Of a stretch of DNA of 64,000 nucleotides, positions 26,794-40,083 are shown piece by piece. The notes below the pieces were generated by a model, which made no database searches, had not been told where the DNA came from, and was given only the letters and a program-made list of their open reading frames with translations. The DNA comes from Antedon mediterranea. Taxonomy: Eukaryota > Animalia > Echinodermata. The stretch covers positions 12,400,001-12,464,000 of the forward strand of contig NC_092671.1 in the NCBI RefSeq assembly GCF_964355755.1. Reading direction: 5' to 3'. How positions within the stretch are numbered: position 1 is the first letter of the stretch; every line of letters begins with the position of its first letter. A program made the position numbers and the translations under genes.

Positions 26794-28293
26794 GTAAGTA
26801 CTTGCCTTTTGAATGTTCTATTAAAAGCAGAATAGTAATAATAATTATAAATTAAATTTATAAAGTGTTTCAAAATAACAGAAACAAACTCTAAGCGCTG
26901 TACATAAAAAAAAACATAAACATCAGCTTAATCTAAAACAATCAATACCACCAATTAAAAAATTACACCATAAAAAAATACAAAAATATATACAACCGAG
27001 AACAGTCTTAAAAACACATAATGATTTGCACCATTGCACATGAGACATAATGCTGCACCATCTCAAAATATCTCAAATGAGTTAATACTGTAATAACTAT
27101 GGCATATTAAATAAATCTTTTAGCTGTTACTAAGGAAAGAAATATGTGAAAGGCAAAAGGTTAACAACTAACCCAGCATCCGCATTTCATTGAAATGAAA
27201 CCATTAAGAAAATTAATTTTGTTAGCAACATTAAATGCCTGTGATAGTCAGTTACCTCTGTACATTGTAGTTTTTTTCAATCTTCCATAACAAATAAGAT
27301 ATTGTTTTTGTAAGATATACAAACTAAATTTAAACCTTCTATTATATATATTAGCTTTATATTAACTCTGACATACCTGAGTAAACTAGCAACAAATGTA
27401 TAACATAAAATATATAAACAATTAAAAAGTATACAAATTGTAAATAATCCATTATACATAGATATACAACATTATTAATATTTGGTCCTCCCTTCCTCTC
27501 ACCCTTTTCTGCTATTTAACTTAGGTATGTGTATACCTAAAGCCCTGTCTACACTATCAAACACATTCACATGTTTATTATTTATTATGAAAACACTCCT
27601 TAGATACAAAGCAAAGTTACTGCTCCTTTAATCACACATTGATTGACACTCACTCTGGCATCTAAGTTGGACCCGTCACCCTGTCTTCTTAACTGTTAGC
27701 AGGTGTATTATTGTCAAATTAGATACAGATCACGTTTGTTGTACCTGGTCTTGTGTTATCTAAGCAGAGTCTAAGATGGACACTCACCAGGGAGCACCAT
27801 CAGGACCTTCTCCATTATCAAATCTTAATTAATTCTGGCATCTCTTGCTTAAATTCCTTTCGAGGTATTTAGACAATGGTTTAGTATATATTAGGAACTG
27901 TTAACCATAGTTATTAGTACTACTACTAAGTAATAACTAGGAATCAAAATGTCTATATTAAATTAAAGATAGAAACCCATTTATTGCATGTTCGTTATAC
28001 AAGACTTAAGAAACTTATTTTTGTTGTACAGCAATTTCCATTTAAAAAGATAAATACAAAACAAACAATTATCAAAAGTGTAACAAATATACAGTAACAT
28101 TAAAAAATACTACTTTTTAAATTACATATTTAGTTAAAATTCTAAAAAATGCAAACTTCCATTATTAAATAAATTGACTACCTAGATATTTTTCATTGAC
28201 CAAACTTACCAGATATGGTAACTAGCTATATCAGTTAATTCTGTAGGTTTAAGTGTAAGCTGATCCATAGAATGTTATACCATGTTTTTACAG

Positions 28294-28386
28294 GACTTAC
28301 AAGCTAAGCATGATCTGGCGTTGTCAATACAGTCATACCTAATCAAACCAGTACAGAGGATTACTAAGTATCAACTACTACTTAAG
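28294..28386 (+). CDS. TRIO: Trio exon, DH1 (DLQAKH...[18 protein letters not shown])
   Basis: ttacag| and AAG|gtaaag; 93 nt; DH conserved region 3. Confidence 0.97.
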
Positions 28387-28785
28387 GTAAAGCTCTATTA
28401 AAGTGACAAATAGTTAAATGAATGCGAATTGACACTAATTGAAGTAGCACGCTAGATGCTTTGATCTACTTACCTCGTACTGAATGATGTTTTTAATTTT
28501 TTTATAAAGCAATGTTTAAAAAAAGTAAAATATAGGGTAAAGATGAGGATGCAATTGTTTTTAATCATGTTATGCTGTCATTTTATAGATTGTTATTCTA
28601 TGAAAAATCAGACCCTTTTTTCTGCACAGTTAATAGTATGCATTACCCATTTTCCATCTAGACTACTATCATTGTCAAAGAGTGTGAAATTATGTCATTA
28701 CCTTGATACATAATATTTCCTCTAATTTTTTATTGAACAAGACACCTTCCAATTTTCTTTTTACCTCGAAATGTGAACACAGAGC

Positions 28786-28877
28786 TTGCGCTGATGACTA
28801 AGGGTTATTCGAGTAGGGCAAAACATCTGACCAATTACTCAACCCCTTGACGAAAAGCTACTCTACAGTAGTTGCAA
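28786..28877 (+). ncRNA. Degenerate hammerhead-like motif
   Basis: UUGCG-CUGAUGA-long imperfect stem (AAGGGUU..GAGUA/UACUC AACCCCUU)-GAAA-AGCUACU(CUAC)AGUAGUU-GCAA; cleavage-site nucleotides appear deleted. Confidence 0.45.
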
Positions 28878-28921
28878 ACAATTACAATAATTATGAATAA
28901 AATAAATTTGTTTCTGTTTAG

Positions 28922-29041
28922 GATCTCATGACATGTTGTGAAGAAGGAACAGGAGAGATGAAAGAAGGATTAGAAGTGATGTTAAATGTTCCAAAAAAAG
29001 CCAATGATGCAATGTCACTGACAATGCTAGAAGGCTTTGAG
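28922..29041 (+). CDS. TRIO: Trio exon, end of DH1 (DLMTCCEEG...[15 protein letters not shown]...LEGFE)
   Basis: gtttag| and GAG|gtgaga; 120 nt. Confidence 0.96.
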
Positions 29042-29890
29042 GTGAGAACATTATTCAGTTAAGTTATTGCAAAGAAGACAATATTAGAGTCTCTTAAGAA
29101 ATCTATGTTTAATGGTTTTAAGATTTGTGTTTTATTAAGTTCCTAAAAAAGAAAATCTTGCATAGTAGGCTTTGGAAACTCACTATACCGTACCTAAGGA
29201 GTTACAGAGTATAATTAATTTAAAATGTTTTTGCAACTTTTTCCTCTTTTTTTTTGGAGTTGGTTTTAATTTTTTTTGTATGTACTGCATACTGTAAAAA
29301 CATTTGTTTATGCCAGGGCATGACATGATGTTGAAGTCTGATTGAAAATGATAATTTTATTAATTAGTTATATTAATTCATTTGTGTTTTTTATATGTAT
29401 TATTAGAAACACAAAGGTTATTTATTTAGTTCAACCGACTATTAAGTGTTTTCTGTGGCGTCTTGAATAAAACGTTAACAAGTAATGCGATTTTTTTTAT
29501 ATTGTACTCTGAAGCTCTTTTCACGTGGGTTTGTCTATTCTTGCTGGCTTCTTTAACACATTCGGAATAGTTGGCGACAACAAAGCATTTTTCTTATCAC
29601 TATATTATATATTTTTAGAACCTTGTTAATTACTGGATGAAATCCATCCCATAGTTTCTAAATTAATTATTGTTATGAGACTTCAGTAGGGCATCATAAA
29701 TCCTGGTTGTTGATCAAAACCAAATTGAACCTAAACATGATTGTTATTGGTGATATATGGTTTGTTTTGTGTAAAACAATCCCAGTAGAGCTCTTTAGGT
29801 TATAAAAGGTATGATATTGCATTATTGCATCATAGTGTCGGCAATACACTTATTACTGTTATTTGTCAACATTATTATCCTTTATTTTAG

Positions 29891-30070
29891 GACCTTGAGA
29901 TGGTGGGAGATGTTTTGATGCAGGACACGTTGCAAGTGTGGGACACAAAACAGATTATACGTAAAGGTCGTGAGCGTCATCTGTTCCTCTTTGAACGATT
30001 CCTGGTTTTCACTAAGGAAACCAAAGATAGCACTGGCAAGACAAAGTATATGTACAAGAGCAAAATGGAT
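29891..30070 (+). CDS. TRIO: Trio exon, PH1 (DLEMVGDV...RKGRERHLFLFE...KYMYKSKMD)
   Basis: ttttag| and GAT|gtaagg; 180 nt. Confidence 0.97.
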
Positions 30071-30392
30071 GTAAGGAAAAATTATTATTATTATTAATTA
30101 TTATTATTAATAAAAAAAAGCTTTGGTTTCAATTATTGTTAAAGTGATAATACTGTGTTTTATATGTCATTAACCACATTCATCTGTTATTATTACACTT
30201 AAAAAATGACTTACTCTTTAGGGATGTGGCTAGAAAGTGTTGAGAGTGGGTGTCATTAAAATAAATAAAATCAACATGTGGAAGAACTTAAAATAAGATT
30301 ATGGTGGGTGAAAGTCTTGGAAAATGGGTGTTGCCCAGCTCTACACAGCACAATTACATTTTTACTCATTCTGATTTTGTATTGTTTTTTAG

Positions 30393-30494
30393 ACTGCTGA
30401 TCTTGGAATCACAGAACACATAGAGGGCGACAGTTGCAAGTTTGCTGTATGGACAGGAAAAACACCAACTTCTGATAATAAGATTGTTTTCAAG
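30393..30494 (+). CDS. TRIO: Trio exon, PH1 (TADLGITEHIEGDSCKFAVWTGKTPTSDNKIVFK)
   Basis: ttttag| and AAG|gtataa; 102 nt. Confidence 0.96.
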
Positions 30495-31089
30495 GTATAA
30501 ACCTTTCATTGTTTGGCTAAAATGCCCATTTACCAATTCTTGGTTTGTTGAAAACTAAAATAACAGGTATTCAGAATCTTTCCTACAATTAGCATGCAGG
30601 TGTAAAGTGAATTTGAAGTGCATGTAATAGAAGCTATGCTGCAAACCGTCTAAAAAAACGGATCACAGATAAATTGATATGGCAGTTGATCATAAGTTTG
30701 TAAACTTGAAGTCGTGAGTTTAAGCACCACACTGACCATTCATGATGGCTATTGTGTTGCTAGGTCACTGCTATTTTTCAAATCACTGTAGCTACCATAT
30801 TTCTCTTTAATTATGAACTTTGTACCATATTATTTATATATTGTTATATTATGAAGGAAATAAATACTGTATTATTATGAAATAATATGAAAGTTGTAGC
30901 AGAAGACTTTAAAAGTTACTTCAGCCTCAACACCTGACATGCATACAATTTAACATTTTAAAATGACAGACATAACAAAATCAAATTATCAACATTCAAT
31001 AAAATGTATTGTCTCTTTTTCACATGTTGGTCATCATACTACTGATGGTTATAAAGCTAATTTATGTTTCTTATTTTCTGTTTATCTAG

Positions 31090-31171
31090 ACTACTACCCT
31101 AGAAAACAAACAAGAGTGGGTACGAAACGTTCGTGAAGCCATCCAGAGTAGACACGGCCATTTGAGGATAG
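31090..31171 (+). CDS. TRIO: Trio exon, end of PH1 (TTTLENKQEWVRNVREAIQSR...)
   Basis: atctag| and G|gtaaga; 82 nt, phase 0-1; PH C-terminal helix Trp. Confidence 0.94.
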
Positions 31172-31299
31172 GTAAGATTGATATTACTCATCATTTTGTA
31201 TTCATGTTATGCTTATTACAATAATGAATTTATGCATCGTCTAATATGTGTAGGATAATTGTTTTATGTGATTACACTTTTCATAAATTTTTCCTACAG

Positions 31300-31375
31300 C
31301 TACCATCCATGCAAGCCGAGCAAATAATTTGAAGAAAGCTGGCTCCATCCGTAATTTGCGACAGAAAGCAAACAG
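31300..31375 (+). CDS. TRIO: Trio exon, post-PH1 linker (TIHASRANNLKKAGSIRNLRQKAN)
   Basis: ctacag| and AG|gtatga; 76 nt, phase 1-2 bridges its neighbours exactly. Confidence 0.85.
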
Positions 31376-31632
31376 GTATGAGAAATTATGATTTAGGATG
31401 ATAATAATGATTGATTTATATATCTCTTAGGAAGAACAAATATTAATACAAGTTTATTTATTTTTAAAAAATAATTATTTTTACTTTATAATAATAATAA
31501 TTGAGAAACATCTTGGAAACATTTTTCATTATTATCTGGACTTAAAAATAGAATGTTTATAAAACACAAGACAAACAGATCCTAAGAGATTATATTTTGT
31601 AATTATGCCTATGACATCTTCTTTGTTTATAG

Positions 31633-31750
31633 GTCAAGTTACCTTGACGACAGTACTGGCGATGATTGTTCGTTGATTGATAGACAAGAACGAGCATCGT
31701 TAACGTCCGTCTCCACTATCAACACAAACAAGTCTGGGGACAGCGATAAA
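31633..31750 (+). CDS. TRIO: Trio exon, linker ending in GDSDK
   Basis: ttatag| and AAA|gtacgt; 118 nt, phase 2-0; DSDK is conserved in Trio/Kalirin just before SH3-1. Confidence 0.88.
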
Positions 31751-34700
31751 GTACGTAATATTTTCATTATCCCTAATGCGTTTGCATCCACTTATACACT
31801 TGTGAATTGGTACTATCCCGGATAACTTTTCCAGAGCATTCAACCTTTTCCTGAATTTAATATGCGTTAAACATTGTTATTGCGATATAGATACTCCCCA
31901 CGTTAATTCTATGGTTTTGCATGATTGTGACGTGCTTTTTCCATTTCTTATATACCCTTGTGGTTTAATATTTGTATCACTGCAATCCGGCCTGTTCATT
32001 CAACCCATTCTATAGATGTTAATGCTACTGTTATTGCTTATGATACTGCAGTGTTTTTGTAGTCTGTGTCTACCTGAAAATCAAAACAAATAGCCAGGAG
32101 CTTTATAGGGAATCTCATTTTCCTGACATTCCTCTTTTCAAACTAGAAACTGGCTCATGACAATTTTTCGGCGAATCCTAAGGCAAATGTCATATACAGT
32201 ACTGGACTAGGTCTAAAACAATATTTTATTCATTAAAGACCAGTCCAAAATGCTTGATAATCACCACAAAAAAAAGAACCGCTGTAATAATCCCTTATAT
32301 GGGCATCAATCCAAAACTGTGTATCCTATTCCCTTTTGGATCCATTAATGAAATTTACACAGCCTTACTTTCTTAAAAGAAGAAGCAGAAAAGATCAATC
32401 TATCTTTCAAATTCAACCTTTATTACATTTCTACCAAATTTTTTTGAAAATTCCCATTTGTACTATAAGTCATTAGTCTATGTTAAACCATTATTCATTT
32501 TAGAAAAGCCAAAAAGCAATAATATTTTGCATTTTATCGTTAAATTGCACAAGAATAACAGATGACATATTAGAACTGCTATTTAATATAAAATATATAT
32601 TGAACGTCTAATTTGTATTTGTAATACACAATCCCTTTGACAATAAGATGCTTTTTAACTGTACATTATATCTCCTATATCTTGGCCATTATTTATAAGG
32701 CATTACTATTTATAACTTGAAAAAAACATCAAAAGGATGGGTAATAGAATTTTTACATTAACTGCGTGTATGCATTTTGATCATCCCATCATTAATGAGA
32801 TGTTTTTAACTGAGAAATAGTTCTCTCAATTCATTATAACTAATAAATTATTTTGGCATATTGCCGATAGCGAATTTAATTACTGTCCTAATAAGTGGCA
32901 ATCTGGACAAACATAGATAAAAGTAGCCAAGTCTAGTAACAATTATTTTAGAGAGTTGTTTCATCATGACAAACAAATCCAGGTATCAGACAGGATTTGA
33001 ACCCACGACCTTAGGATCACATGACAACATGACCTTGGAAATATGTGTACCAACCACGACAAAGCAACAGCTTCAAATTTAATATTCTATAGTTTACTAA
33101 TCTGTAATTAGTAAATTAGATGAAAAATAAATTCAGAATTTTTAAAAATTTGCTTTAAAATAAACATGTTATAGAAACATGATATAAAATTACATGGTAA
33201 GCCACTATTGTTAGTAGCTATAAAACAAAGCAAGATACAGTATAACAAATAGCACTATAAACTAAATTTGATTTATTGAAACAAGCTTTTATGTATGCAG
33301 TATACGTCTTACTTTCTTCTTATTTTAAATCCAATATACAGTAACCATAATTATAGCCATTTATTAGATGTAATAATACAAGACCATCTGCATTAAAGCC
33401 TCTCAAATGCGCAGTTCATTAACAACTTTACACACAAGTTAAGAAGACTTTCTCTCTTTATTTTCATATATTAAAATTGAAATATAGAATAGAAAGCAAT
33501 AAAAGCAGTAACATGATAAAAAGAAATTACTAAAGATTTCTCTAAAAATGTGGAAAATTCTACTTTCAAAGGAGAAATTGATTGTTCAGTTTATTTTTAT
33601 TATTTTATTGCTAAAATTAACATAACAAGTACGTATAATGGAAATAAAAGTGAAATGGAATTGCTGTTATAAAAGTCTGACTTGTGTCTGATTTACATTA
33701 CTGAATAACATTTTTTCAAATACATATTATGTCAAAAATGTAAATATATGTTACATTTTAAAATGACGAGCACTGTATTAATTTTTTTTTTAAATAGTTG
33801 AATGAATAGAATAAAATAGAAAACAACTAAACGTGATACTAAAAAATTATTTAAATATGTTTACATTAATTCTATTCCAAATAACAGCTCCTTCATAGCC
33901 AACACAGGCTATTGTATTATAGAAATGATCAATTATCAACTAAAGGGGAAATATAACATTTATGAAATATACAATAGATAGGTATTAATGTTACTTTATC
34001 GATTATTAATTTCCTGTTGTCACACAGGGAAATAAAAAGCTTTTATCGTAAACCCTTATGTATGCAAAATTCAGTTGCCGAATTAAGCTACAATATTGAC
34101 TGCATTAAGAAGTCTATTTGACCTTCTCTGGTTGACATTTGGAAATTTGTACTGACGTAAACGCTACCGTTGAAAATGCCAACCTAGCATGGCTAGTAGC
34201 AAGTTATTCTCATTTCCAATATACTTATATTCAATGTTTTTTTTAAACTATCAAATCACTGATTTTAAGCATTTAATTTGAAGTCTCGTCTTTTATCTGA
34301 GGATTAAGGAATGGAAGGGTTGATTCTTGAATATTGTTTTTGTACCGCCACTAACGCCAACAATAATTAAAAGAACATCAAATTACTGTTTTCAAGTACC
34401 GTAGAATTATAATCAATAAGTGAATTACTGTATATGGGTATATTCAATCAACTATCATAGTATCAATTTTAAACGTTACACCATGTTATGTTATATTTAT
34501 GATAATTTAAGTATACTTAAAGAACCATATCTCATAGTTGTTCTTGTTAAAATTAAGTTTTACTTCATTTTTAAGGAATAATTTATTTCATTTAGAAAGA
34601 ACAAATGATAACATTATCATCAATGCCATCGTTTTTATTATCAATATCTGGTCAACAGCATTTAACATAATTGTCATCATTATAATATCCACAAACATAA

Positions 34701-35729
34701 ATTAAATAAAAAATGATATCGATATAACAATGATGGTGTGTTTTAATACCCTTAAGTGTAATATTGTGCAGATCAAGTGAATGAAATAATGTTGTTTATA
34801 CATAATTTATACAACAGTTGTGAGTTACTTCTTAATCAGTGTAATGTATGTATGACATGCACCGATTAGTCTTGAGAAGGCTGTTTGATGCAAGCCCTTC
34901 ACAAACTGTATTCACTTGTTTAATAACAATCTATTTCTTTGAATCATAAATTATAGTTACTCGGTTTTTTTTCTTATTTTGTTATTGAGAAATAACATTA
35001 ATTTGATATATTTAGATTAATTAATATTCTTCTAGTCTTAATAGATACATTTGGACATTTTTTTATATAAATTTTCTAAATTTAAGGCAAATTGCATATT
35101 TGTATTACTTTTACAGTATTGTTTTCAAATTGTTCCTAATCCTATAGTGACTTTTGACTAGTAAAACATTAACAATAGTTGTCATCGTCATTGTTAATTA
35201 TCATAAGATATGTCTAATCCATACCTACCTTTACTCTTTTATGTAAAACCCCCACCTTTTATTTGGGTATTAAAGTTGTCTAGAATTCTTCATTACGCTC
35301 AATACTATAAATGATCATTTACAAGAAATTAAGCAGTGATAAAGGATACTGAACCCGTGTCTACTGATCTCTGTGTATTGATTACAATTAGTAAACTATA
35401 TTCTTTATCCTATCGACAGCTTTCCTTCATAGTTTGTGCGTGTTTCTTAGCCAATTGTGTTAATACTCCAGTTGTCTGTATATTTCTCTGCATTACAACC
35501 ATCTTAGAGTTGATGTAAATCATTTAACTTGTCTATGTTGTAATTACGTTAGCTATCTGTCAGACAGATTGTGTTTGAATTAAGCTAGGTATCGCATGTG
35601 GCAATCCCTTGAAGGAAATATGCAACCAAATAGCTACTCGTAGTTCCCATCCTAGTTATTGACAAAAAAATGCCCCCAGGATCCATACCTTAAGCCTGGA
35701 CTTTTTTTTTTGTATCATTGGCACCAATT

Positions 35730-35879
35730 CATAACCGGATCTAAGAGGCTCCCTCCCCCTAAATGTTGGAAAGTGCACAAATACAAGAATAGGACAGTAG
35801 GTTAAGTTCATTGGCCCGTTTTACGATTTTTTGGGCCATCAGCTCCCACCACCTATTTTAAATTCCTGGATCCCCCCTG
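35730..35879. mobile_element. hAT-like MITE, decayed
   Basis: Ends CATAACCGGATCTAAG / CCTGGATCCCCCCTG, same terminal type as the 50110 element. Confidence 0.4.
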
Positions 35880-38800
35880 CCTCAACTACATCTTCCGTAG
35901 ATTGTCTGATTTAAGAGAATCTACCATTGCTTTCCTCGGCCCTTTCATTAAATACTATGACCCCTTTAAATCAGGCAGATAGCTCCATAGAATCTGATGA
36001 CAAGTAATTAAAGCATGTTAACTATTTCGGAAGTTGACATCTATTAAGCCTGAAGCTAAGAAATGCAAGTAAAAAATTTAATTAAATTAGTAAACATTGC
36101 TTCTTAAGTTGCATTTCTATTTACAGACAAATAATTTTGTGACAATTGACAGACTGACCAAAAAGTATATTATATTAAAACAGTACTATTTGCAGATTGA
36201 ATTTATATAGATATATATATATACAAGTTTGGAAAAAAAACTTTATCAGATATCGGACCCAAAATCTCCACACCTATTCGTCTTATGCAAACATTTTTTT
36301 TTTCTTTTTTCAATTAAAAAGGTACATTATCATTTCTGTATGTCAAAGCGTATATAAAAGACAGTGCAGAAGATAAATGTAAAACCTCGTCTTTTCAAAT
36401 GTTGAATAATCAAATTAGTTTTATAGTGACCTTCTCTAAATTGCATTTTGTATGATGAAATTGCATTTTCATATAGCTTGTGTAAAATTCAAGTTTCTTT
36501 GGGTAGTCAATTAATTTGCCAACACTGCTTTGAAAGCTTCAGTTTTATCGGCTGCTTATCTCCTGAGAAAAGTATTCATTCAAGTTGCTTTCTGATTGGT
36601 TGTTACCCTGTAAGGTTTACTAAATTATAAGCCTTTGACCAATCACAGCCAGCCTCTTAAATCAAAGGTGTAACCTGCAGAGAAGAAATTTTAGATGTGT
36701 AATCTTAGTGTTTTCATCATTGAATTTCAAGACTAAAGGGTGGTTCTTCGGTTTGACGATGTCTCAAATCGTCAGTATGTTAATGTATCATTTCTTACTC
36801 AATGGAACATATTTATTCTAAAAAAAAAACTGTTGTTTGTTGTGGAACCTGTACATTACTGGCTTGCATGTATTAAACATAGTTTGTTTATTTCACATGT
36901 GGAGATTGAACACACCCAATACAAACTAACCATGGTGTTGTGTAAGTATGCTGTGTCTGTGGAAAATTAAAACAATCATTTTAGGCACTGATTGAGATTT
37001 TACAGATTGGCTTGATTCCAAGATGTGTTGCAAACTCATTATAAGAACATGGATTTAATTATTTATGAAATTGATATTTTTCATGGAAATCTAATTTTGT
37101 CTGTTTTTTATGTTGGAGATTGTACAAGATTACATAGATAGTGTACAAACACTATTATCGTTATCGTTATCGTTATGTATATTTGTAAATTAGATTATGA
37201 ATCTTATTTCATGTATAAAAGCTGCATTTTGTATTGTTTATTTTTTTTTTTTATAGAAAAGAGGATTATTCAACATTTTCTAATATATAAAATTCCTAAA
37301 GCCACTTGCTTGCTATTGCTTGTTATTGATATAGACATACGCTTTACAAACTATTAAAGGAGAGCACATTATTTATGTGCATTCAAAAACCATTTATCAA
37401 CAACTAAGATATTCAATGATAATAAATTAAAATCAATTTCATTGGTTGATTATTAATACTAAAAAGTGGGCACCTTGTTAAAACTATGTGCACAAACCAT
37501 TGTCAACTTTGACCTGATGATGTGACTAAAGAGGACAGTAAGAGTTCATTTCATTATTTATCATTTTCTATACAATGTAGCAATGTAATACTGAAACTCG
37601 TTTTATGTTATGATAATAATTTTGTTAAAAAATTCAAATTGATTTCTTTCGTTTTCATGTTATTTTTGGGGAAAAATCCGACAAAAAATGCATATATTTA
37701 ATTCATGTTTTGGGTACAGATGTTACTGGCCTATTCGTTCATCATATTAAATCATACCATACTCACTTACTCTGACGTCATCTGACAGATGAACGGTGAT
37801 TCTATAAATGCGTCCAAATTCTGCATACTTGTCTCTAAATCTATGCCACACTGAATATGATATTGTAAAAATATAGTATTTTAGGTATTATTTAGATATC
37901 CACATTTGTTATTTGCTTTGCTACTGGAACATCTACTGACATTTTTATATTCAAGATTAAAATTAATATCTTTAAATTGCAATGATTTTAAATATATTCT
38001 AGTATTTATTTGTCATAATGTTTCTCTAAGGATTTTCACTAATGATCACTATTAGATCATCTGCCAGGGTTCACATAGTTTAGGCTATGATAAGTATAAA
38101 GATTATTTGCTAAGCTTTATTTCAATCCCATCGACGATTCATCATTAATGGTTGACTCATGACGAATGCAATAAAGAAATAAGGTTACCATATACATTGA
38201 TACCCAGAAAGAAAAATTAATATTTAGTAATAACTTTTTAATCACAATTTTCAATTTTTTTTCCATATTTTTTGGAAAATATCTATATACAAACAAACAG
38301 ACTATGCATGAATTTCAGGAAAATTGGTTGTGGCTCAAAAGGTTACCAAAATATTGAGTTATCTTAATATGGGCCTAAAATAAAATAGTCATCCCTCTCA
38401 TTTTGTCAATTATTTTGCTTTTATTTCTGAGCCCTTAATTTATTTCCATATTGTGAGTTTATCAGTTGCTAAATGGTAATTTATTTCATTATTGCAAATG
38501 AAGTGACGTGCATTAAAGTTATTTTTAGGATCTTATACAATTTAGATGAACTTAGTTCTGTAAAGGTGAAGTCTATTTAATAACAAGGCCACCTATAAGA
38601 TACAGAAGGAAAGTACTAAAAATAGATTGTAACACCAACGTACCTAAATACTATGAAATTACATGTTAGTTTATTAATTACACGCATAAGGTTATATTAT
38701 GTGTTTGTTTTTGCTAATTGGAAATGTTAGTATGAATAATCGTATGAACTGAAATTAATGTTGGCTTTTAAATTGTTGTTTGATTCTAACTTATTTGCTT

Positions 38801-39779
38801 TTAATGTAATTTGTTGAAAAGTGTGGTTTCCAATTTAAAAGTAGAATTAATTAATTTATGTTTATTAATTAATATTAAAATGTATTTATATTAAATTAAC
38901 ACTTTCCTTAAATATATATAATAATACAGGCACCTCAATATCACTATACATGAATATATTTAATAAATAATACATTTTTCAATAACATTTTCAAAGACTA
39001 AATATAGTTTAGTTCGCAAAGTTTGCATAAACATTTAATCTTTCATTATAAATAATGTAATATGTTTGTCAGTAGCTCTGATAAAACTTTATTGAAATTA
39101 ACAAAATTCAGTGAATTTGAAAAAATTCATTAGTCGTAATACCCATAAGAAATCGTCGGCTTTATGAAAACAACACAGGGGAGTTCACTACTTAATGCAG
39201 TCACCAAACTGCCATGTGATACATGTAATTATAAGGTAATTGGAACGCAAGACTAATATATGGTAAAACCTGCCATATAGTGGAGAAATGATAAGAGAGA
39301 TCTGTAAAATAAGTAGGAGGTTTATTCTACAAATGAGAAATCTCAAGAGCAGATCCATGAGCGTGGGAGATAAGCCAACCAGGAACCCCCTAAATTTACT
39401 GAATTAAAATTCCAAAGATGGGACATTAGGTTTAGTTCAGCACTTAATTTGTACACCCAGACCCCTCTTTTATATCGAAATGTATGAAGTAAATTATCCA
39501 TGACACTTTAATACCCTTTCACATTGTGTAGCAAAACGTTGAAGTTTAGACAGACATGAGCGTTAACATCAGCATTTTGTATGGTGTGTGTCCAAACACA
39601 CTCAGGAGCGTTAACATCAGCGGTTTGTATGGCGTGCGTTGGGATGTGTGTAAACTCTGGAGTTTTGCTGGGCGATGGGAAAGAGGTATTAGACAGGCAC
39701 AGATTTGGCAAAAATTAAATTAGAAATACCAAAATGTAGATTTTTAAAACTTAAATGGCATGTTTGTTCAATTTTGCAG

Positions 39780-40083
39780 TTTGATACATTGAGTCAAGTT
39801 AGTTCAGACTACGCACCGATTCCCAACCATGATTCGGTAAGAACATCGATCCACAGTGACGAAGGACAAGTTTACCCGCAACATCAGCAAACTATACCAA
39901 CACCGCAGATAAAGTACGAATCAAGACTTGCTAGGCGTGACAGTGCAGATCTCTTAGATGAGATTAAACCTCTTAAAGAGCAGATTGAATACACGCAACG
40001 AACATCAGAAGGCTCATCAGTGGACGGCTACTTGGATGGGTCAGCGCCAGCTTTTTTGGGATCAAACATGGAGAATGATAAAT
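39780..40083 (+). CDS. TRIO: Trio exon at the SH3-1 position (FDTLSQVSSDYAP...GSNMENDK)
   Basis: ttgcag| and T|gtaagt; 304 nt open, coding-like composition, phase 0-1 fits both neighbours; homology weak. Confidence 0.8.

Noticed and set aside
27590-27880. Possible LINE (CR1/L2) 3' remnants here and near 2320, 6400 and 26890
   Set aside because: Too decayed to assign boundaries or family by eye; no RT reading frame.
37510-37550. CTGATGA motif, and similar CTGANGA hits near 41990 (-), 42405 (-) and 43513
   Set aside because: No stem II closing onto GAAA and no stem I/III pairing, so not hammerheads.
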